This document shows, piece by piece, positions 37,199 through 45,207 of a stretch of 64,000 nucleotides of DNA; positions within the stretch are counted from its first letter, which is position 1; every line of letters starts with the position of its first letter. Source of the stretch: a bacterium BRH_c32 (GTDB lineage Bacteria > Bacteroidota > Ignavibacteria > Ignavibacteriales > Melioribacteraceae); contig LOEU01000034.1 in the NCBI GenBank assembly GCA_001516025.1, forward strand, positions 15,468 to 79,467. The letters run 5' to 3'. The notes below the pieces were generated by a model, which did not search any database, was not told where the DNA came from, and saw only the letters and a list, made by a program, of their open reading frames with translations. The translations under genes and the position numbers were made by a program.

Positions 37199-39949
37199 AT
37201 GAAAAAAATAATTCTAATATTAATCTTGATAACCGGCATAATATTGAATGCTCAGGATAAGAGATATTTGGATAAAGATAAACCGGAGAAATTAGAGAAA
37301 GCGGATGCTATCAAAGATAGAGCCGCGGGAATTCACAATGCCGGTAATATCGGACTATTCTTTGAGAATAGAGGTAAATTATATCCGCGCAGAATTACAC
37401 AAGGTCCATCAGGCGAATTTCCCATTAATAGCGGTAAAAATTACATCTATCGCATCGCACCTTTTGTCGGAATTCCGGGCAATGTAATTCAAGGCAGACA
37501 TACCGGTAATGAAGAATGGGAAGCAGTAGGCGGATATCATAATCCAGAATTTTCTCAAGTGGCTATGAGTGATAATAAGAAGACTTGGCCTTCCACCGGT
37601 TGGCATTTGAAAGATGAACTTAATAACCCGATAATTAAAAGCGATCAAGATAGTTATTGTGTTTTTAATGATAGTCTTAATTCAAGGCAGATACTCGGTA
37701 TCGAAATGCGCCAAACCGGTTATACTTATGGAGTAAAGTTCGCACAGAATATCATCTTTTATAAATATGAGATGATCAATAAAAGCAATACTCGGCTTGA
37801 GAATGTTTATTTCGCTATGTATGCCGATATAGATGTTGGAAATATTAGCGGCGGACTGCCGGAGTATTCTGATGATAAAGTGGGCTTCGATAAAAAAACA
37901 GGTTATATGTATTTTTATGATGATGGAATATCGAATGAATGGCCCGGAGGGAAAACAGGTTATTTCGGTGTTTCAATAATGAGAACACCAAAAATAAATG
38001 GAGTGGAAAAGGGGGTAACGGATTTCCATTATTTCTTATATAATGATGATGAAGACAGAGATTTAGATACTATTCAATATGGTTTAATGGCAAGCAGCAG
38101 ATCGCTTTATGAATCGAATCTCGGACCAAAATATTTTCATCTTGGGAATAGCAGTAATCTCCATTTTGACGATCCCTCAACGATACCGGCAGATGGATTG
38201 GATTTGGCCGGATTAATAAGTTCGGGTCCTTATACATTAGAGCCGGGAGAGAAGATCGAATTTGTAACAGCGATAGTGGCAGGAGAAAATTATAATGAAG
38301 CGATGGCTTCGATGAATTCAGCCTTTAAGATAATGGAATTTGATTTTGAAATAAGCAAACCACCAAGCACTCCAAAATTATCCGGAACCGCAGGAGATGG
38401 AAGCGTAACAATTTTTTGGGATGACTTGGCAGAAGCATCTAAAGATAATTTTTCGGGTGAATATGATTTTGAAGGTTACAGAGTTTATAAGAGTCAAGAT
38501 AAGGGAATAAATTGGGAGCAACTTGCCGATTATGATGTTAAGAATAAGATTGGTTTTGATGTCGGTTTGCAATATTCATTTACGGATAAAAAAGTAATAA
38601 ACGGATTTGAGTATTGGTATTCGGTAACAGCATATGATAGGGGAGATTCTTCCATTGCAAGCTTAGAAAGTCCGAAAGGAAATAACACCGATGCGGTAAA
38701 TCTTGTTTCAATGACTCCATTATCAAAAGCAGCGGGATACACGCCTGTTTCTTCTCTTCCGGTTAAAAATATCGGAACGGGTATTTCTAATTATGAGTTT
38801 GAAGTAATGCCGGTCGATGATAATGATCTTGCAGGAAATAAATACACAGCAGGATTTACTTATACTAAGCGTCACGATAAAGGAAATAATAAAACCAAAC
38901 TAGAATTAATCGTGCGTGATTCAGCTAAGACTACAATGAATGAATATGGTATTGAATGGATAGCAAGGAATAGGGTACAATTAATAGACTTATTAACAGG
39001 AGATTTTATTGAACCGAATCCTAAGACATATATTTCGGGTGCACGATATAATCTCAATTCAGGCTTGGCTATAAAATTAACCGATCCGGAGCCGCAGGGC
39101 GATCCTGATTTCTTGCCTAATAACGGCGATTATATGTCTGTCCATTTCGGGACTTATGTTGTTAAGAACGGTACCGATACAGTAGTATATCCACGTCAAT
39201 TAGAAGCGGATAAACTTCAATCCACATCCGATGGCGTTGTATTCAAATTTAAAAAACCGGATTTGATAAAAGAGCTTTCTAAAGTGGGTGGATTGGATAA
39301 TGTAAACATGACATTTACGGTCGGAGACGAGACGGCATTTACCGGTGGAAGCTATCTGATTTCTACAAATGGAAAAGGTTCGGTTGGTGATCGCGGATTT
39401 GTAAAAATATTGGTAAGAGATGGTTCACAAAATACAGTAGCTGAATTTGATTCAGTATTCACAGGCGAATCATTTACATTCAATGGAATTACAGGCAAGG
39501 TAACTTTCGATGCGGGAAAAGCTCCTTCACCGGGCAATATATTTTCTTTTACTGCCGTTAAACCTATTCCTCCGACATTAAAGGACAAATATCAATTTGA
39601 AATAAAAGGTTCTTCAATCGATAAAGAGAAACTTACTGCCGAGGCGGTAAATATTAAGGTAGTGCCGAATCCGTATATCGTTTCATCCTTATACGAACCT
39701 GAATTTGGAGAACTTAGAAGAGAGCCGCTACGTCAGATTCAATTTATTAATCTGCCGAATGAATGCACGATATATATATTCACGATCGATGCGGATTTAG
39801 TGAAGACGATATATCACAATGCGGTCAGCGGTACCGAAGCATGGGATTTAAGAAGCGAAGGCGGAAGAGAAATCTCGCCCGGAATTTATATGTATGTAGT
39901 TAAAGCAGATGGCGTGGAATTTAAAAGCCGATTTGCAATAATTAAATAG
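37199..39949 (+). CDS. Large secreted protein of unknown function with FN3-like module and divergent T9SS-type C-terminal domain
   Basis: 916 aa with signal peptide ending LNAQ. The FN3-like module spans aa 388-485 (GSVTIFWD...GYRVYKS...YWYSVTAYD). The C-terminal approx 100 aa (nt 39650-39946) run VVPNPY...IQFINLP..CTIYIFT...GIYMYVV. Confidence 0.7.
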   Translation: MKKIILILILITGIILNAQDKRYLDKDKPEKLEKADAIKDRAAGIHNAGNIGLFFENRGKLYPRRITQGPSGEFPINSGKNYIYRIAPFVGIPGNVIQGRHTGNEEWEAVGGYHNPEFSQVAMSDNKKTWPSTGWHLKDELNNPIIKSDQDSYCVFNDSLNSRQILGIEMRQTGYTYGVKFAQNIIFYKYEMINKSNTRLENVYFAMYADIDVGNISGGLPEYSDDKVGFDKKTGYMYFYDDGISNEWPGGKTGYFGVSIMRTPKINGVEKGVTDFHYFLYNDDEDRDLDTIQYGLMASSRSLYESNLGPKYFHLGNSSNLHFDDPSTIPADGLDLAGLISSGPYTLEPGEKIEFVTAIVAGENYNEAMASMNSAFKIMEFDFEISKPPSTPKLSGTAGDGSVTIFWDDLAEASKDNFSGEYDFEGYRVYKSQDKGINWEQLADYDVKNKIGFDVGLQYSFTDKKVINGFEYWYSVTAYDRGDSSIASLESPKGNNTDAVNLVSMTPLSKAAGYTPVSSLPVKNIGTGISNYEFEVMPVDDNDLAGNKYTAGFTYTKRHDKGNNKTKLELIVRDSAKTTMNEYGIEWIARNRVQLIDLLTGDFIEPNPKTYISGARYNLNSGLAIKLTDPEPQGDPDFLPNNGDYMSVHFGTYVVKNGTDTVVYPRQLEADKLQSTSDGVVFKFKKPDLIKELSKVGGLDNVNMTFTVGDETAFTGGSYLISTNGKGSVGDRGFVKILVRDGSQNTVAEFDSVFTGESFTFNGITGKVTFDAGKAPSPGNIFSFTAVKPIPPTLKDKYQFEIKGSSIDKEKLTAEAVNIKVVPNPYIVSSLYEPEFGELRREPLRQIQFINLPNECTIYIFTIDADLVKTIYHNAVSGTEAWDLRSEGGREISPGIYMYVVKADGVEFKSRFAIIK

Positions 39950-39969
39950 TAAAAAGTTTTGGAATAAAA

Positions 39970-40965
39970 ATGAAAAAAATAACGACATTTTTACTTTTAT
40001 TAATGATGTGCGGAATAATATCGGCACAAAATCCCAATTTGGGAACCTCGGGAGCGCAGTTCCTCGAAATACCCGCCGGCGCAAGAGCAGCGGCTATGGG
40101 AGGTGCGGTAATAGGGCTTAATGATGATGCTTCATCGGTATTCTGGAATCCGGCAGGTATAGCAAAAATCGAGAAGAATGCGGTACATTTTTCTTATATG
40201 CGCTGGTTCGATATGTTCGATTATAATGCTGCTTCGGCTGCTTTTAATATCGATGGAGTGGGCACAATTGCTGCGAGTATAGTTTTATTCTCGATGGATG
40301 AAATGGAGATTACAACCGAGAAGCAACCTAACGGTACAGGGAGATTTTTCGATGCCGCCGATGCTGCAATCGGAATCTCCTATGCAAGATTTTTGACAGA
40401 TCGGTTCGCTGTGGGTGTAACGGCTAAATTAGTTACTCAAAGAATTTGGAATGAAACTGCTACCGGAATTGCTTTCGATGTAGGCACTCAATATCGATTA
40501 GATTTTCAAAATCTTACGATCGCAATGAAGATGAGTAATTTCGGTGCTGATATGAAGTTTGATGGTGAAGACTTGAATGTTGTATATGATAAAGATAATT
40601 CAGTTCCGCTTAATCGTCTTGCCCCTGCACGTCTTAATACCGATTCATATCCTCTTCCACTTTCGTTTCAAGTGGGGATTGCAATGGATATCTATAACTC
40701 GGAATTTTTCAAAATGCGAGCCGATATAGATGCCGTTCATCCAAATGATAATGTAGAGAGAATAAATTTTGGAACGGAGTTATCGTTTTTTGATCGCCTA
40801 TATTTAAGAGGCGGATATAGACATAATTATGATGATGAAGGGTTGGCTTTTGGAGCAGGTGCTAATCTTCCGCTCGGTAGTACTCTTGTTAGTTTTGATT
40901 ATGCTTATTCGCTTTATGATATTCTTCCAAGTATTCATAGAATTTCGGTAGGTTTCGTATTCTGA
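39970..40965 (+). CDS. PorV/PorQ-family outer-membrane barrel (UPF0164-like)
   Basis: 331 aa. The N-terminal hallmark is GTSGAQFLEIPAGARAAAMGGAVIGLNDDASSVFWNPAGIA, and the terminal strand is ISVGFVF. Confidence 0.7.
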   Translation: MKKITTFLLLLMMCGIISAQNPNLGTSGAQFLEIPAGARAAAMGGAVIGLNDDASSVFWNPAGIAKIEKNAVHFSYMRWFDMFDYNAASAAFNIDGVGTIAASIVLFSMDEMEITTEKQPNGTGRFFDAADAAIGISYARFLTDRFAVGVTAKLVTQRIWNETATGIAFDVGTQYRLDFQNLTIAMKMSNFGADMKFDGEDLNVVYDKDNSVPLNRLAPARLNTDSYPLPLSFQVGIAMDIYNSEFFKMRADIDAVHPNDNVERINFGTELSFFDRLYLRGGYRHNYDDEGLAFGAGANLPLGSTLVSFDYAYSLYDILPSIHRISVGFVF

Positions 40966-42977
40966 AAAATGTTTTATACATATTATTGTTTTTCTTATGT
41001 GCTGGTACTATATCGGCACAAGGTTATGTTGTTGCAGTTGGAGGTGGCTCGGAAGATAAAGGGGGGTGGAGCGATAAACCATATAAATATATTGTTGACC
41101 GTTCAATCAATAAAAAAATCATAATCATCTCGGATGATTCACCTTCGGATTCATCATGGCTGCCCAATTATTTTAAGTCTCTCGGAGCCGCAGAAGCATA
41201 CAATTTTTATATCCCGACAAAAGCATTCGCCAATTTAGAAGGTACAGCCGAAATAATAAAGTCTGCCGGAGCGGTTTTTATTCGTGGCGGCGATCAATGG
41301 ATTTATACAAATTTATGGAAAGGAACACTGGTCGAAGATGCAATAAGAGAAGTTTTTAATAATGGAGGTGTAGTAGGTGGAACGAGTGCAGGTGCGATGG
41401 TGCTTGGCGATCTTGTTTTTACTGCATCTCAATATAGCAGTATCGATTCAGAGGATGCTCTTAATAATCCGTTTAGTTCAGGAGTGAAATTAGAAGATGA
41501 TTTTCTGAAGCTTACACCTAATGTAATTTTCGATACTCATTTTATTGAGCGGGGGCGATTTGGGAGATTAATGGCATTACTTTATAATTTCCATTACAGT
41601 TCAGGAAGAGAAATTATAGGTGTCGGCATTGACGATCGGACTGCGGTTGCGATTTCTCCCGATTTAATTGCAGAAGTAATGGGAAGCGGAACGGTTACAT
41701 TTTTTCAAAAAGATGAATTGACTAATTACATCAAAACCGCTGACGGATATGTGATAGATAATTTAAAAGCTGATCTCTTGGTAGAAGGTTGGAAATGGAA
41801 TATCGCGGAGAAGAAAATGTATTCGATGCCCGAGAGTGCAAAGCCATTTTCGAGCAATGTTAATGCACCTGATAATGATTTCAAGATTCTCAATCTGCCA
41901 ATTAATTCTGCCTCCGATAAATTGCTTTCAGAAATTTCGAGTGAAGATAATGTTCTTATAGTTTTTGATAATAAATCGCCTCAAAGTGCAGGTATTATAA
42001 AAAATAAATTAGCTTCGGCGGGAATTAATATTGAAAGTTTTGAATTAACAACCGCATCGTTAAACGATACTAGTGAATCTGCAAAATTTTTGAAAAAAAA
42101 GAAATTAATTTTTATTACGGAATCTGCTGAAAATATGCGTCAGCTCGCAGATACAAATTACCTAGCTTCTAAATATTTAAGAGAGAGAATCACCGAAAAA
42201 AGTAATTTCTATTTTATTGGCAAAAGCGGGAAATTGGCTGGAAGTTATTTTGTCGGTAATACTGATGTGGACAAGCTTGCCGCATATAAGGGCAGAATGA
42301 ATATTTATGCGGGATTAGGATTGTATGATAATGTAATAATTCAGCCCGATATTTTTAGTAATGGCGATTATGAAGAGAACTGGTCATCATCGATTCCCTT
42401 TGGATTAATGAAAGCGCGCAAGAATATCGGATTATATTTTAATGATCGTGCCGATATTAGCATCAATTCTAAGTCGATAAAAAATTCGGAAAAAACTATA
42501 TGGGGAATAATTGATTTGCGTAATTCTACCTTCACCGATTCATCAAAATGGAAAATGAGTAGTTCCTCCACTCGACAGTCGGTAGCATTTGATAATCTCC
42601 GATTTTCATATTCCAAGTCGTCATATAGCTTCAATTTAGAAACACGCAGAATGGATTTTGAGAGTTCAATTGATCGTGTGAAAAATTCAGAGATACCAAC
42701 CGAATATAGATTAGATCAAAATTATCCCAATCCCTTTAATCCTTCGACTAGCATTGAGTATTACATTCCGAAAGCCGGAATAGTAAAACTTGAAATATAT
42801 AATTCGCTCGGACAGTTGGTGAATGTTTTGGTAGAAGACAATCAAAATAAAGGTAAATATCGAGTTACTTGGAATGGCAAAGATTCTTACGGTAACTCTC
42901 TTTCTTCGGGTGTTTATTTTTACCGATTAAAAACAAATGAATATTCTTATACAAACAAGATGTTGTTGCTTAAATAG
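40962..42977 (+). CDS. Secreted tandem-S51 protein (cyanophycinase-like domain + degenerate second S51-like domain) with T9SS CTD
   Basis: The track ORF starts at TTG 40986. The in-frame extension to CTG 40962 gives a proper signal peptide (KNVLYILLFFLCAGTISAQ). Domain 1 has GGG, RGGDQ, GGTSAGA, DTHF and GIDDRTA. Domain 2 spans aa approx 321-495. The CTD (nt 42702-42974) is YRLDQNYPNPFNPSTSIEY...GVYFYRL. Confidence 0.8.
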   Translation: MKNVLYILLFFLCAGTISAQGYVVAVGGGSEDKGGWSDKPYKYIVDRSINKKIIIISDDSPSDSSWLPNYFKSLGAAEAYNFYIPTKAFANLEGTAEIIKSAGAVFIRGGDQWIYTNLWKGTLVEDAIREVFNNGGVVGGTSAGAMVLGDLVFTASQYSSIDSEDALNNPFSSGVKLEDDFLKLTPNVIFDTHFIERGRFGRLMALLYNFHYSSGREIIGVGIDDRTAVAISPDLIAEVMGSGTVTFFQKDELTNYIKTADGYVIDNLKADLLVEGWKWNIAEKKMYSMPESAKPFSSNVNAPDNDFKILNLPINSASDKLLSEISSEDNVLIVFDNKSPQSAGIIKNKLASAGINIESFELTTASLNDTSESAKFLKKKKLIFITESAENMRQLADTNYLASKYLRERITEKSNFYFIGKSGKLAGSYFVGNTDVDKLAAYKGRMNIYAGLGLYDNVIIQPDIFSNGDYEENWSSSIPFGLMKARKNIGLYFNDRADISINSKSIKNSEKTIWGIIDLRNSTFTDSSKWKMSSSSTRQSVAFDNLRFSYSKSSYSFNLETRRMDFESSIDRVKNSEIPTEYRLDQNYPNPFNPSTSIEYYIPKAGIVKLEIYNSLGQLVNVLVEDNQNKGKYRVTWNGKDSYGNSLSSGVYFYRLKTNEYSYTNKMLLLK

Positions 42978-43108
42978 ATTCTCAATTCTTGATAAAATTG
43001 AAAATTATTTTAGGTGATGTGCAATAAAGGGAATAACAGATTTACTCGAGATATCTCACTTTTATAATTATTATATTATCTAGTGCAAAAGCAAAAAATG
43101 GATTTGAA

Positions 43109-44590
43109 ATGAAAAAAATAATTACACTTATATTACTTCTAACGGCTGTTATTAATGCTCAATTACTCTCTCCGATTGAAAAAAGCAACTACACTAAGCT
43201 TACTTCTTACAATGAACTTTTTGATTTCGCGTATCAAACTACGTTAGTTAATTCTAATATCGAGTTAAGTCCTATAGCGGTTAGCACTAATGGATATATA
43301 ATTCCTGCATTATTTATTTCAAACGATAAGTTTGGTGAAGATAAAAAAAAAGTAAGAGTAATGGTCTTTGCTCAGCAGCATGGCAATGAACAATCGGGCA
43401 AAGAAGGAATGCTTCTTTTGCTCAAAGAGATCGCATTAGGAAAACACAATAGATTTTTCGATAGGATAGATTTAATATTAATTCCGCAGGTTAATCCCGA
43501 AGGAAGCGAAACAAATATAAGAAGAAACGGAGTGGGGGCGGATCTAAACAGGAATCACTTAATCCTTACAATGCCCGAAACTATTGGTCTTCATCGAGTA
43601 TTTAATAAATACCTACCTGAAGTAACTTTAGATATCCATGAATATTATCCCTATTCGGAAGAATGGGAAAAATTAGGTTACAGAAAAAATTATGATGAAC
43701 AGATAGGAATCATTACCAATATAAATGTATCTCAAAAAATTAGAGACGAACAAAGAAATAATTTTCTCCCATATATATTTACTTATATGCGAACTACTGG
43801 ATTTACGGCTAATGAATATCTTCTCGGCGGTCCGCCCGGAATCGAAAGAATGCGTTATAGTACCGTGGATATTGATGATGGAAGGCAGAGTCTCGGGATA
43901 TTAAATTCTTTCTCACTTATTTTTGAAGGGCTTAATGGAATTGATTCGCTCAGTAATATGAAGCAAAGAGCTAATGGGCAGAAGACGGCAGTGGTGGGAT
44001 TGCTTCAATATGTTTATGAAAATGCTTCTTCAATAAAATCATTGGTAGCGGAGGAGAGAGAAGTACTCATTAATGGAGAAGAAAATAAATGCGCCATTCA
44101 AATGGAACATTATTCGACTAAAGATTCTAAAGATGTTACCTTTTATTCCATAAAGACAAGGAAAGATACAGTCATAAGTGTCCCCGAATTTCATGATAAA
44201 GTAAAACCTGTTTTAGAAATTAATTCACCTGCAGGGTATTTAATTCCCAAAAATGATTCTAAGCTATATGAGTGGATGAGAAGACATAATATTGAATATA
44301 TTTCTGCCGATAGTGCACGAATTAATAAGGCAAAAATTTCTTATTACGAAATTAAAGGACCGATAAAGAAAATTTTAGAAGAATCGGAAATTACTTTGCC
44401 GGAATTAGAAGAAAAATCGATTACGAATATTTCTTTAACGAATTATTACTTTCTGCCAATAAATCAATTACATAACAAAATGCTTCCATTGGCTTTAGAA
44501 CCCCAATCTCAATTGGGGCTAAGCAATTACCAAGAATTTAATTATCTAAAAAAGGGGAATGAATTTTCGATACTTCGAGTGAATAATTAA
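43109..44590 (+). CDS. M14-family zinc carboxypeptidase with signal peptide
   Basis: 493 aa with signal peptide ending INAQ. M14 motifs are QQHGNEQSG (HxxE), NPEG, DLNRNH and DIHEY. Confidence 0.8.
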   Translation: MKKIITLILLLTAVINAQLLSPIEKSNYTKLTSYNELFDFAYQTTLVNSNIELSPIAVSTNGYIIPALFISNDKFGEDKKKVRVMVFAQQHGNEQSGKEGMLLLLKEIALGKHNRFFDRIDLILIPQVNPEGSETNIRRNGVGADLNRNHLILTMPETIGLHRVFNKYLPEVTLDIHEYYPYSEEWEKLGYRKNYDEQIGIITNINVSQKIRDEQRNNFLPYIFTYMRTTGFTANEYLLGGPPGIERMRYSTVDIDDGRQSLGILNSFSLIFEGLNGIDSLSNMKQRANGQKTAVVGLLQYVYENASSIKSLVAEEREVLINGEENKCAIQMEHYSTKDSKDVTFYSIKTRKDTVISVPEFHDKVKPVLEINSPAGYLIPKNDSKLYEWMRRHNIEYISADSARINKAKISYYEIKGPIKKILEESEITLPELEEKSITNISLTNYYFLPINQLHNKMLPLALEPQSQLGLSNYQEFNYLKKGNEFSILRVNN

Positions 44591-44599
44591 TGCGAAAAT

Positions 44600-45115
44600 C
44601 TAAAGATGATCATCATCGAATGAATCTTCGTCATCGAATAGACTATCGTCGGTAAAATCGATATCATCTTCATCGAATTCATCCGGTTCTTCGATTACAG
44701 GAGCATCATCTTCGTCATTTTTAGATTTTGGGGAGACTTCGCTATCATTGACTAAAGTTTCTTCCTCGAAATAACTGCTTCGCGTGTAATTGCTATCGAG
44801 CTTATCTAAAACAAGACCGACTAATTCATTTACAAGAGCGGCTTTCATTGCCTTATCGGTTATTTTGGCAGGAGCTTCTTCACTTTCCATAAAAGCATCG
44901 GTTTCTTCATAAAGTTTTACTAATGCTTTTTTATCAAGCTTAGATAAATTAGCGGCAATGATCGATTCAATCTCTTTCATAACCGTTTGATCCCAAGTTC
45001 CTTCATCTTCCATCTGAGCTTGAAGCGAAGCCCAAATTGTAATTTTCTTCTGTCCGGGTGCGGGTTGTTTTTTCAGTATTGCAACAATATCAGCGACAGT
45101 CTTTTTTAACGGCAT
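44600..45115 (-). CDS. Hypothetical cytoplasmic protein with extremely acidic C-terminal tail
   Basis: The track starts at TTG 45178. ATG 45115 is preceded by GGAG. The last approx 45 aa are DEDDAPVIEEPDEFDEDDIDFTDDSLFDDEDSFDDDHL. Confidence 0.5.
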   Translation of the reverse strand: MPLKKTVADIVAILKKQPAPGQKKITIWASLQAQMEDEGTWDQTVMKEIESIIAANLSKLDKKALVKLYEETDAFMESEEAPAKITDKAMKAALVNELVGLVLDKLDSNYTRSSYFEEETLVNDSEVSPKSKNDEDDAPVIEEPDEFDEDDIDFTDDSLFDDEDSFDDDHL

Positions 45116-45207
45116 AACTACTAAATCTCCATTCTTTTCTTTTGAACCAACTAAATTAAAAAATTTTTTATAAAACAAAAGTTAAATATTTTTCCTATAC
45201 TCCAAAA

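Noticed and set aside
33556-42974. DNA-level similarity exists between 33580-33620 and 42717-42757 (caaaattatcc.aatcc.tttaatcc). I considered whether it was a dispersed repeat.
   Set aside because: It is explained by the conserved QNYPNPFNP motif of two T9SS C-terminal domains. Similarity decays immediately outside the motif, so it is not a mobile or structural DNA repeat.
42978-43108. A weak inverted repeat TCAATT/AATTGA (about 42982-43003) follows the tandem-S51 gene. I considered it as a terminator separating the M14 gene from the locus.
   Set aside because: It is a 6-bp AT-only stem with an 8-nt loop and no T tract, which is not convincing. Whether the M14 gene is co-transcribed is therefore left open.
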